Shown piece after piece: positions 54,713 to 64,000 of a DNA stretch of 64,000 nucleotides (within the stretch, counting starts at the first letter, position 1; each line of letters begins with the position of its first letter). Made by a program: the position numbers and the translations under genes. The notes beneath the pieces were generated by a model. The model was not told the DNA's origin. It was given only the letters and a program-made list of their open reading frames with translations, and did no database searches. The stretch comes from an uncultured Gemmatimonadaceae bacterium (GTDB lineage: Bacteria; Gemmatimonadota; Gemmatimonadetes; Gemmatimonadales; Gemmatimonadaceae): contig OY970320.1 in the NCBI GenBank assembly GCA_963716745.1, forward strand, positions 320,001-384,000. Reading direction: 5' to 3'.

Positions 54713-57338
54713 TTACGGGACGAGGACGGCGCGGCGTCCGCGCTCCACGAACAGTGAATCGAACTCCACGAGCGTGACGAATGTGCCGGGGCGAAGAGGC
54801 TGGAATGCGGCGAACAATCGCTCGCCCATGATGAAAGCGTACACCGAATCCTGCCGGACACTCAGCGCGAACGCCGTGTCGAGTGCGGCGGCGGCGCGAA
54901 CGCAAAGAGAATCCCGCGCCACCGGCGCCGGCCGGCCATCGAGCGACTGGCTGAGCGTTGTGGACCAGGCATCGGCCCGCACACAGTGGTTCGGTGGCTG
55001 AAACCGTGGCGGTGGTGGTGGCGGCGGAGGCTGTGGGCGTTCCGATGCCGGAGGTGATGGCTCCCGCCGAGGCGGTGGCATCGGCGGAGGCGGCGGTGGC
55101 ATGCGAGGCGGTTCTGGAATACCCATCAGGCTCTGCATCTTGTGTGCGGCTTCCTGGGCAATGCGCGGATACGCATGCTCGTCGAGCTGCATGAGGAGCG
55201 CCAGCGTCTGCGTGTCAGCGGCGATCGCCGGGTTCCTGAGAATTCGCAGCGCGATGTACGGACTGACCCGGATCGGGAGACCCCGCGCGATCACGCGGAG
55301 CAGCGAATCGGGTGTGGTTGGAAGGAGGACGAGCTGCTCGAGCGACCACACGCGAACGAACTGGAATCGTTCGTCGAGCCGGCTCATGGCGTCGAGCACA
55401 CGAATCCGATCGTTCGCAGCGCCGCAGTTCATCACCGCGTACGGGACGCTCTGCGGAAGCGTTCCCTTCGCTGCGCGCGACATGCCAGCGATCAACTCCT
55501 TCTCGGCAGTCGTTCTCATTCGCCGGAGCAGCGAATCAGCGACACGTGCCTCCGAGCCGCTGACCGGGCACGCCGCGACCAGTGCAAGGATCATCGCATT
55601 CGTTGGCCCGCGGCGCCCGGCGACGAGCGCGTGCACCGTCCGATCACACGATCCGGCGACCAGGCACGACATGAGGAGTTCGTACGCTACGGCCTCGGGC
55701 ATCCTCGCGAGGTCCGCACGAGTCGCGACATCGATCTCCCGCATGCGTGCGTGCGCCGTGTCCAGTACGGTGCGGTTCGCGCGATATCGCGGGAGTGCCG
55801 CGATCGCTGCAAGTCGCTTCACATCCCCTCGGACAGAAGTCAGCGAAAGCGCGTGAAGCGCCAGCTGTTCATTCACTTCAGCGAGCGCCAGACGCTCTTC
55901 GAAGGGCAGCGAGTCAGCCAAGAATGTTCGGATTCGCAAGGACGAATGGCGTCAGCTGGGAGGCGTTCTGACGAACCATGCGCAACACGTCAGGCGCAGG
56001 CGTCTGTGGATCGCCGACGGCGAAACTCCGCCATGCAGCACGTGCGCCGGGGTCTCCGGCGAGGGCCGCCTCGAAGTCGCCATCCAGGAGATAGCGATCG
56101 GTCGCGCGCAGCGGGAACAGTGCGCTCGGCGGCACGAGCGAGTCCGCCGTTATTCCGAAGCCCTTCAGTATGCGAGTGACCCAGCCTTCGCGCGTACCGA
56201 GGCTCAGGACGAATCCTCCTGGATAAACTTGGTCTACTTCCCGAGGTACGTGTTCGAAGATGTGGTAGAACGTGAGGTCGCGACCGTTGTCCCGCGCGAC
56301 GACGTCAATGATCGCCGACTTGCCAAGCGGCGAGGCGTGCGCGAGGGCCACTATCTGCGGCGCGACAGCCGGGCACACAGCGGTGATGCTCTTTTCTGGC
56401 TCGACCGCGACGAGTGACAATGCCGATATCCACCAGAGCGAGCCATGTCGACCGTCGCGATCGGCCACCGTGATCGCCATGTCTCCAGCACGCGTGAAGC
56501 TCACGCTCGCGAAGACCATTTCCGCGAGGCGGAGATGCTCGGCGCCGCCTCCCGAAAGGGACACTCGATACGTTGCGGAGGACTCGACGCCGAAGGTCCG
56601 TTCGAAGAGAAGGAGATCTCGCCCGCCCTCCGTCCACTGCGTGGTGAAATACGTTCGCGGCAGCGGCCCGGCGACGCATCGCTCACCGGAGGCGTCAGCG
56701 ACGTACACGGCCGCGCGGTTGCCCCCACAACAGCTGTCGATCCGAGCGGCGTCGCCGAACCGCGAGAGTCTGCCGTCACCCTTCCACATAACTCCGAACT
56801 GCGGCAGCTTGGCCGGGGAACCATCCGCCGTGATCGCGAACGGCACCAGCGCGCCAAGACCAGACATGAACCACAAGTTCTCGCGGTGGCCAGTCACGAT
56901 CCTTCCGTCGTTGAGCCAGGAGATCGCCATCGGGACGAGTGTGTCGCCCTCGGCGAGAGATGCCAGTCGGCGTTCGCCGCCGGTGGTGAGATCGAGGACG
57001 AACAGGCCGGCCTGCGCGTCCTTACGCGTGCGGTCGGGATCGTTCCGCCAGAACGCCAATTGTTTGCCGTCGGGCGACCATGTGAGGTCACTTAAGGCGC
57101 CGGCCAGTACGCTCAACCGCGAAGCGTGAAGCCCGGGCAACTCAAGGATCCAGATGGACGAGAGTTTACCCTCAGTCACCCGGTAGGCGAATCGCGAGCC
57201 ATCCGGAGAAATGGTCCCGAATAGCGCCTCGTGAGCCGAATCGGGGGCTTCGAGCTGGGAGACGAAGCGCGCTTGGGCGCCCGCGGGAGCGCTCAGTACG
57301 CCGGCGAGCGCCGCGAGAAGAAACCCGCGCAACATCAT
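54713..57338 (-). CDS. Large exported protein: TolB/PD40-like beta-propeller, helical region and Pro-rich linker (probable single gene with frameshift near 55920)
   Basis: Signal [21 protein letters not shown], then SPDGSRFAY and [10 protein letters not shown]. Removing one G in CTTGGCTGAC joins ...ANPNIL to [10 protein letters not shown] of ORF 54713-55939. Confidence 0.55.
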
Positions 57339-57433
57339 TCCGCTCCCGGCGCGAACGAACCATGGAATGTGGTCACAAGGATGTGATGCGCCCGAGCGGC
57401 AAAGTTGCACATGCCGGCCTCGCTCCGACGCGC

Positions 57434-58063
57434 TCAGTTCGCAGCGCGCAACGCCTCGATGTTCGCTCCGGTGATCGCGCCGAGATTCCGTGTGATCTTG
57501 TCGGCGGGCCAGTTCCACCACGCGATCTTCACCAATTCGGCGGCGACATCGCGGGGGAAGCGCTCCTTGCGCTGCTCGGCGGGATTGCCGGCGGCGATCG
57601 TGTATGGAGCGACATCCTTCGTTACGAGCGCGCGCGCGGCAATGATCGCACCGTCGCCGACGGTCACACCGGCGAGGATCGCGGCGTCGTAGCCGATCCA
57701 CACATCGTTGCCGATCACGGTGTCGCCGCGCGAGGGCAGTTGGTCGGGCGTGGGCGCGGCCCCTTCCCACCCGTGGCGGAAGGCGAAGAACGGGTACGTC
57801 GAGAAGCCCGTCATCTGATGGTTCGCACCGTTCATGATGAACTTCACGCGGTGCGCGATCGCGCAGAACTTGCCGATGACCAGCCGCTCCGGCCCGAAGT
57901 GATAGAGGACGTTCTCGCTCTCGAAGGCGAGCGTCTCGTCCTCGTCATCGTAGTACGTGTAGTCGCCGACGACGATCTTAGGGCTGGTGATGATGTTCTT
58001 GAGATAGACGACGCGCTTCGCGTCGACGATCGGGCGAGGATCGTTCGGGTGGGGGCCGGTCAT
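57434..58063 (-). CDS. CatB/Vat-family hexapeptide O-acetyltransferase
   Basis: [42 protein letters not shown] and WWNWP. Confidence 0.92.
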   Translation of the reverse strand: MTGPHPNDPRPIVDAKRVVYLKNIITSPKIVVGDYTYYDDEDETLAFESENVLYHFGPERLVIGKFCAIAHRVKFIMNGANHQMTGFSTYPFFAFRHGWEGAAPTPDQLPSRGDTVIGNDVWIGYDAAILAGVTVGDGAIIAARALVTKDVAPYTIAAGNPAEQRKERFPRDVAAELVKIAWWNWPADKITRNLGAITGANIEALRAAN

Positions 58064-58075
58064 GCGCGCACGGGA

Positions 58076-58390
58076 TCAGTTGGTCGCAGCGGGCTCCTCC
58101 GGCTTGTTCTGCTCACCGGCGGTGCGCATCGCGGCGAGGGATTCCTCATGCTTCGCGATCTCGGCGAGGTAAGACTCGAGCACGGCGCTGAGGCGCGTGT
58201 GCACGTCGGCTTCGATCTCCTTACCGGCCTGCTTGGCACGGAAGTACTCGTAGCCCAGGTTTTGCGCGGCGCGGTCGGCGAGCTGGCGCGTGCGCATGAG
58301 CTCGAGGCGGATCTTCCCTTCATCCATCGCAACCTGCGCCATGCGGCCGGCGCGGTCGAGTTCTTCCTTGAGTCGGGTCCAGACGGTCAT
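58076..58390 (-). CDS. Hypothetical coiled-coil protein (104 aa)
   Basis: ATG at 58390 after GAGGG RBS; helical sequence [15 protein letters not shown]... Confidence 0.7.
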   Translation of the reverse strand: MTVWTRLKEELDRAGRMAQVAMDEGKIRLELMRTRQLADRAAQNLGYEYFRAKQAGKEIEADVHTRLSAVLESYLAEIAKHEESLAAMRTAGEQNKPEEPAATN

Positions 58391-58438
58391 GGTGTCCCTC
58401 GGGAATGGAGGCTCTACGCAAGATACCACCGTCGCCGG

Positions 58439-58476
58439 AAAAACGAACGCCCCCGCGCGGTGCACGGGAGCGTTTT
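58439..58476 (-). terminator. Rho-independent terminator after rpmA
   Basis: Minus-strand AACGCTCCCGTGC-acc-GCGCGGGGGCGTT followed by CGTTTTT. Confidence 0.65.
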
Positions 58477-58497
58477 GAGGGCTGGCCTGCGATCGAG

Positions 58498-58776
58498 CTA
58501 CGCGGCGGTGACCTTGCTGGCTTCGGCCGGATACACACTGACCTTGAAGCGCAGCTTGTTCTTGTGCTCGAACTTCACGACGCCGTCGATGAGCGCGAAG
58601 ATCGTGAAATCGGAGCCGACGCCCACATTGCGTCCCGGGTGCACCTTGGTGCCGCACTGGCGCACGATGATGTTGCCCGCGCGCACACGCTCGCCACCGT
58701 ACTTCTTCACGCCGCGGAACTGCGGATTGCTGTCGCGGCCGTTGCGGCTGGAGCCGACGCCTTTCTTATGAGCCAT
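58498..58776 (-). CDS. rpmA: 50S ribosomal protein L27
   Basis: [16 protein letters not shown] and GNIIVRQ. Confidence 0.98.
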   Translation of the reverse strand: MAHKKGVGSSRNGRDSNPQFRGVKKYGGERVRAGNIIVRQCGTKVHPGRNVGVGSDFTIFALIDGVVKFEHKNKLRFKVSVYPAEASKVTAA

Positions 58777-58785
58777 TGGTCGATC

Positions 58786-59103
58786 TCAGCCGAGTGTGAT
58801 GTCGTTGATCTTCACTTCCGTGAAGCCCTGCCGGTGTCCCTGCTTCTTCGCGTAGTTCTTGCGGCGCTTCATCTTGAAGACGACGATCTTGTCCGCCTTG
58901 CCATGGCGCGTGATCTCGGCCGTGACTCTGGCGCCCTTCACCGTCGGCGTGCCGGCGCGGACCTTGGTGCCATCGGAGCTCAGGAGCACCTCGTCGAAGG
59001 TGACCTTCGAACCCACCTCGGCTTCGAGGCTCGGGATGCGAAGCGTCTTCCCTTCTTCGACGCGGAACTGGAAGCCGGCGGTGCGGATGATCGCGTAAGT
59101 CAT
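58786..59103 (-). CDS. rplU: 50S ribosomal protein L21
   Basis: YAIIRTAGFQFRV and FKMKRRKNYAKKQGHRQ. Confidence 0.97.
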   Translation of the reverse strand: MTYAIIRTAGFQFRVEEGKTLRIPSLEAEVGSKVTFDEVLLSSDGTKVRAGTPTVKGARVTAEITRHGKADKIVVFKMKRRKNYAKKQGHRQGFTEVKINDITLG

Positions 59104-59148
59104 TGGTTCGGAACGGAGTAGAGACAGGATAACCGATACAGACTTAAC

Positions 59149-59177
59149 AACTTAGCTGGCAAGCGATACTGTGTCAA
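59149..59177 (-). promoter_or_regulatory. Putative sigma70 promoter of rplU-rpmA
   Basis: TTGACA-N17-TAAGTT. Confidence 0.65.
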
Positions 59178-59213
59178 CGGGGCGATTCCGAATCATCGAG
59201 TCACCGCATCTGC

Positions 59214-59493
59214 GCGCCGTTCGGTCTCATCGGGGACAGGAAATATCACGGCTCAAGTTCAACGGGATGCGGCGGAAGGAGCATGGATGCGCTGGATCGC
59301 TCAATGTACCGCGGAGCATCGCCGCGCCACGACGGGCGGTGTTTCTGTAATTAACAACAAATACTGGAATTCATCGCACCACATGGCCTTCGGTAAGTCC
59401 CTCGAAACGATCCAGCGCATCCGTGCTCCCTCCGCCGCATCCCATTGAACATGGACCGTGATCCCTCCTGTCCACAATGCATGTGAACGGCGC
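59214..59493. repeat. 86-bp-arm inverted repeat with 108-nt spacer (candidate structured ncRNA or MITE)
   Basis: 59214-59299 vs 59408-59493 align without gaps at 70/86 complementary (inner 66 bp 57/66). Confidence 0.85.
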
Positions 59494-59553
59494 CCAATCT
59501 TCCAACCCTTATCGCGCTAGTATGATCAAGATTTGCATGATTCAAATGACCTC

Positions 59554-61137
59554 TCAGGCCACAGCGTATTGCTGCGTCACGTCGCGCTCGGCGCCTTTCA
59601 GGACGAGCTTGAACTCGTCCGGCTTGAGCAGCGGATCGTCGCGGACGTCCAGATGCAAGCCGAGTGATTTCTCCAGTTTGCGGGCGAAATCGTGCTCGTT
59701 CTCCAGAACGTACATCGCGACGTCGGGGTGCATCTTCACGATGATGGGGTCCTTGCGGCCCTCACCGGCCATGCGGCGAACGGACCGTTCCAGGCGCCGG
59801 ACGGTGCTCTCGGGGCTGAACACGCGACCCGAGCCGCCGCACACCGTGCACGGCTCGGTCATGCTGTGGTAATGGCCGGCGCGCACGCGCTGGCGCGTCA
59901 TCTCGATGAGGCCGAGTTCGCTCACGGCATATGCCTTGGTGCGCGCGCGGTCGCGTGAGAGATTCGTGCGCAGCTCCTGCAGCACCTTCTCGCGATTCTG
60001 CCGCGTCTCCATGTCAATGAAGTCGCACACGATGATGCCGCCAATGTCGCGCAGGCGCAGTTGCCGCGCGACTTCCTTCGCGGCCTCGGTGTTCGTGCGC
60101 AGGATCGTCTTCTCGGGGTCCTTCTTGCCCGTGTAGCGGCCCGAGTTCACGTCCACGCTCACCAGCGCTTCGGTCTGCTCGATGATCAGATAGCCGCCCG
60201 ACGGCAGATCGCAGCGCCGCTTGAACAAGTCGCGGATCTCGGACTCCACTTCGGCCTTGTCGAATAGCGGCTGCGCGTCGCCATACAGCGTGACGCGCTC
60301 GATGAGTTCCGGCGCGATCGCCTTCAGATATTCGATGATCTCGTTGTACACCTGCTTGGAATCCACCTGCAGCGCGTCGACCTTCGCGCTGAACACGTCG
60401 CGGATGAGCCCGCGCGTGAGCGACGTCTCGCGGTGCACGAGATTGGGAGCTTTCTGGAAATGCGTCTTGCGCTGGATCTTCTTCCACTGCGACTGGAGCG
60501 AGACGAGCTCGCGGCGGAAGGTCTCCTGCGTGACGTCCTCGCCCACGGTGCGCACGATCACGCCGCCCGATTCTTCCGGCAGGGCCGCCGTGACGAGTTC
60601 GCGCAGCCGCTGGCGCTCCGCGCGCTCGCCGATCTTGCGGCTCACGCCCACGCGCGACGCGAACGGCAGGTACACCAGGAACCGTCCGGCGAGGGAGATC
60701 TGCGCGGTGACGCGCGGGCCTTTCGTGGAGATCGGCTCCTTGGACACCTGCACGAGGATCTCCTGGCCACGCTTGAGCATGTCCTGGATCGGCGGCGCCT
60801 TCGCGCGGCGGGGCCGCCGGCCGGGACTCTCCTCCTCGGCCTCTTCGCCCTCGTCTCCGTTCGACGGCGCGTCATCCGCGGCGTCATCGTCATCCTTGTC
60901 GTCGTCCTCGGGGAAGACGAGATCGGACGCGTGTAGGAAGGCACTCTTCTCGGTGCCGATGTCGACGAAAGCGGCTTGGATCCCCGGAAGCACGGCGTCA
61001 ACGCGGCCAAGGTAGATATCGCCTACCATGCGGCGGTTGTCGGGGCGGTCCATCATCAGCTCAACGAGCTGGTCGTCCTCCAGCATCGCCACGCGCGTTT
61101 CTCGCGCGCCGGCGTTGATCAGTATCTCACGTTTCAT
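59554..61137 (-). CDS. Rne/Rng family ribonuclease (RNase E/G)
   Basis: GDIYLGRV..VLPGIQAAFVDIG, KEPISTKGPRVT, DVNSG, RLRDIGGIIVCDFIDM and CTVC zinc link. Confidence 0.96.
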   Translation of the reverse strand: MKREILINAGARETRVAMLEDDQLVELMMDRPDNRRMVGDIYLGRVDAVLPGIQAAFVDIGTEKSAFLHASDLVFPEDDDKDDDDAADDAPSNGDEGEEAEEESPGRRPRRAKAPPIQDMLKRGQEILVQVSKEPISTKGPRVTAQISLAGRFLVYLPFASRVGVSRKIGERAERQRLRELVTAALPEESGGVIVRTVGEDVTQETFRRELVSLQSQWKKIQRKTHFQKAPNLVHRETSLTRGLIRDVFSAKVDALQVDSKQVYNEIIEYLKAIAPELIERVTLYGDAQPLFDKAEVESEIRDLFKRRCDLPSGGYLIIEQTEALVSVDVNSGRYTGKKDPEKTILRTNTEAAKEVARQLRLRDIGGIIVCDFIDMETRQNREKVLQELRTNLSRDRARTKAYAVSELGLIEMTRQRVRAGHYHSMTEPCTVCGGSGRVFSPESTVRRLERSVRRMAGEGRKDPIIVKMHPDVAMYVLENEHDFARKLEKSLGLHLDVRDDPLLKPDEFKLVLKGAERDVTQQYAVA

Positions 61138-61483
61138 TGCCTGGCGCCCGTTCCCATGCACGGCGGCTCGGCGTGCGCGGGCAGGCTCCCTGCGAGTTCA
61201 AAGTGGCGCGTCCGTGTCCTCGCCCGGCCAGTGGTCGCCCACTGAGATCGTGCACGCCATTGCCGCCTCGCACGCCCTCGGGACTGAGCCCGGAACGGGA
61301 GGAACGACGGAACGGCGAGCGATCGGAAGCCGTTGGTGGTACGGTGTCGCGTCAGGAGCGCGAGCGCCCCCGGGGTGTTACACGCGCCCGGACATCGCGA
61401 GCCGCGCGACGGACCGGGCGCAGAGATCCATCCATTCAGAATGGTGCTGCGGGGAGAAGTATACGGCGTTCCTGCGGCGCGGG

Positions 61484-62701
61484 CTAGTCGGCCGCCTCTT
61501 TCAGCAGGTGCCGGGCGATGACGATCCGCTGGATCTCGGACGTCCCTTCCCCGATCTCGCAGATCTTGGCGTCGCGCATCATGCGCTCCACGGGGAATTC
61601 GCGCGTGTAGCCGTAGCCGCCGTGCACCTGCACGGCGCGGTGCGTGGCGCGCATCGCCAGCTCCGAGCAGAAGAGCTTGGCCATGGCCGCTTGTGGGGCA
61701 TACGGCTGCCCGTTCTGCGCGAGCCATGCCGCGTTGTACAGCAGGTGACGGCCGGCCTCGATCTCGGTCGCGAGATCGGCCAATTGGAACTGGATCGCCT
61801 GGAATTCCGAGATCGGCTTGCCGAACTGCTTTCTTTGCAGCGAGTAGTCCACGGACAGTTCGAGCGCGCCCTCGGCAAGTCCGAGCGAGAGCGCCGCGAT
61901 GCCGACGCGTCCGGAGTCGAGCGTCTTCATGAAATTGACGAAGCCCTCGCCCTCGGCGCCGAGCAGATTCTCGGCGGGCACCTCGACGTCCTGCATGATC
62001 AGCTCGCATGTGTCGGACGCGCGCCAACCCAGCTTGTCCTCTTTGCGGCCGGAGGTGAAGCCCTTCATCGCGACGATCGAGTCATCGTGGCCGATGCCCG
62101 CCGCGCGGGCGCGCTCCGGCTCGTTCGTGTGCTTGGTGAGGATGAACGAGGAGATGCCGTGCGCACCCTTCGCCTTGTCGGTGACCGCGGTGACCACGAA
62201 GATCTCGCCGACGCCGCCGTGCGTGATGAACCGCTTGGCGCCGTTGAGCATGTAGCGGTCACCCTTCCGCACGGCCGTCGTGCGCGTGCCGCCGGCGTCG
62301 CTGCCGGCCGTCTCCTCGGTGAGACCGAAGCCGCCGATCACGCGGCCGGCGGCAAGCAGCGGCACGTACTTCTTTCGCTGCGCGTCGGTGCCGAAGCGCA
62401 CGATGGGCGACGTGCCGAGGGTGGTATGCGCCGAGATCGTGATCGCGTGCGACGCATCGACGCGCGCCATCTCCTCGATGGTGATGATGTAGCTGAGATA
62501 GTCGAGTCCCGCGCCGCCGAGCTCTTCATCCCACGGCACGCCGAGGAAGCCTTGCTCGGCCATGCGCTTCACCGTTTCCCACGGGAACTTGGCGTCGGCG
62601 TCGGCTTTCGCGGCGATCGGTCGCACCTCGGCCTCGGCGAAGGCGCGGACGGCCGCGCGAACGGCGTCGTGATGTTCGTTGAGATACGGGGAGCGGCTCA
62701 T
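61484..62701 (-). CDS. Acyl-CoA dehydrogenase
   Basis: FGLTEETAGSDA, EDKLGWRASDT, RKQFGKPI, QVHGGYGY and EIGEGTSEIQR. Confidence 0.95.
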   Translation of the reverse strand: MSRSPYLNEHHDAVRAAVRAFAEAEVRPIAAKADADAKFPWETVKRMAEQGFLGVPWDEELGGAGLDYLSYIITIEEMARVDASHAITISAHTTLGTSPIVRFGTDAQRKKYVPLLAAGRVIGGFGLTEETAGSDAGGTRTTAVRKGDRYMLNGAKRFITHGGVGEIFVVTAVTDKAKGAHGISSFILTKHTNEPERARAAGIGHDDSIVAMKGFTSGRKEDKLGWRASDTCELIMQDVEVPAENLLGAEGEGFVNFMKTLDSGRVGIAALSLGLAEGALELSVDYSLQRKQFGKPISEFQAIQFQLADLATEIEAGRHLLYNAAWLAQNGQPYAPQAAMAKLFCSELAMRATHRAVQVHGGYGYTREFPVERMMRDAKICEIGEGTSEIQRIVIARHLLKEAAD

Positions 62702-62703
62702 GA

Positions 62704-64000
62704 TCAGGCGGCCTCGGTACCGTTGTCTTCTCTCAGGACGGCGAGCAGGCGCTCGCCGTATTTCTCCAGCCGCGCGGGGCCTACGCCGTGCACCGCCCCG
62801 AGCGCATCGAGCGAGCGCGGCCGCCGCACCGCGATCTCGACCAACGTCCTATCAGGAAATACGACGTACGCCGGCACATGTTCCGATTTCGCGATCGCCA
62901 TGCGCAGGCGACGCAGTGCGCCGACGAGCACCGGATCGGCGGACGAAAGATCGGGGTCGTCGGACACCGGTGCGACGAAGCGATCGCGGCGGCCGCGCTC
63001 GCCGCGGGGTTTGCGCGCGCCAGGCTCGTGCGCGAACGGGCGCGCGACCTCGGTCTCGGTGTCCTTCCGATGCGTGCCGAGGCAGATGTCGCAGCCGGTG
63101 CACTGGTCGCTCGCCGCGGGGTCGCCGAAGTAGCGGAGGAGGAAGCCGCGGCGGCATTTCTCGGTGTAGGCGTAGCGCTGCACCGCATCGAGCTTGTTCG
63201 TCTCGGCCCGGCGGCGGCGCGCGATGGCATCCCAGTCCACCTTGTATTTGGCGAGCGGCGCGCGCACGTCGGTGGCGCGGAGTCCGATACCGGCGCGTTC
63301 CCAGACGAGGAACTGCCGCGATTCGAGCGCGTCGAGCAGCGGGGGCACGCCCATCGCGCCGCCGAATCCGGGCGGGAGTCCATCCGGATCGATGATCGCG
63401 CCGGTCTCGAGGCGGGATCCGACCGCGCGCCAGAGCGCGCGGAGCAGCTCGAGCTCGGCTTCGTGGCCCGCGCCCGAGTTCGGCCTTGATCCGATCGGGC
63501 GCAGCGAGCAACCGCACCGAGAGGCGTTGCGCGCTGCCGGACTCGGCGGTCACGGCGCCGGCGTCCACCAGGATGCGCAGCGCCGACTCGGCCTCGCGGT
63601 CTTTGATCTTGCCGCCGGCGCGTGCGGCGAGATCGCCCGGCGCGATGCGTGCCATGCCCGATTCGTCGGTGGCACGTATGATCGTGGCGTACACCTTCTC
63701 CACCACGTCGCGCTCCGGATACGCGCTCTTGATGAAGAACTCGTGCGTGAAGCGATCGCGGAACGCGTGGAGCATCACGCATTCCGACGGGAGGCCATCG
63801 CGCCCGGCGCGGCCGGCCTCCTGGTAGTACGCCTCGAGCGTGCCGGGCATCGCGTGATGCACCACGAGCCGGATGTTCGACTTGTCGATACCCATGCCGA
63901 ACGCGTTCGTGGCGACGATCGCGCGCACTTCTTCGTTCATGAACGCGTCCTGCACCATGTGGCGGTGATCGTCGTCGAGGCCGGCGTGGTAGGCGAGCGC
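62704..64000 (-). CDS. recQ: RecQ family helicase, C-terminal part (frameshift near 63475; 5' end outside the window)
   Basis: YHAGL, VATNAFGMGIDKSNIR, YYQEAGRAGRDG, Zn motif CRR...CTGCDIC and a C-terminal HRDC domain. Confidence 0.9.

Noticed and set aside
59351..59545. 64-aa ORF in the RNase E/G-rplU gap
   Set aside because: No recognisable features, and it overlaps the inverted-repeat arm; not supported as coding.

Overview
This is a 64-kb, very GC-rich bacterial chromosome segment; gene order and protein style suggest Gemmatimonadota, which is an inference. The first ~42 kb is mostly housekeeping on the minus strand: nuoA-M (complex I), dcd, sdhCAB-mdh, moaDEA, HU, secG-carA, a long pepA...yicC-gmk-rpoZ-coaBC-udg-dnaB-radA-ispD-tsaC-LMW phosphatase-aroE-comF-gap-pgk-tpiA string, tRNA-Leu(CAA) and an ECF sigma/anti-sigma unit. 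The most interesting region is a plus-strand catabolic cluster at 42.2-51.8 kb. It looks like a miniaturised, hybrid aerobic benzoyl-CoA (Box-type) epoxidase pathway. It has a 371-aa BoxB-like di-iron protein, a single-domain (270-aa) BoxC-like crotonase, an aldehyde dehydrogenase, and PaaG/PaaF/PaaH/PaaJ-like beta-oxidation enzymes. A TetR with a PaaR-type operator lies upstream, and no BoxA reductase or CoA ligase is in the window. The right end carries paired amidohydrolases, a TolB-like protein, a Vat/CatB-type acetyltransferase, rplU-rpmA, RNase E/G, an acyl-CoA dehydrogenase and a partial recQ. Several intergenic inverted-repeat elements are present: an 86-bp-arm hairpin upstream of rplU, a 37-bp-arm hairpin, and 7-mer and 9-mer periodic palindromes. 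About 17 single-base frameshifts, some in essential genes, indicate long-read consensus errors rather than pseudogenes. I found no CRISPR array, rRNA, integrase or transposase. Family assignments come from motif recognition, not database searches.
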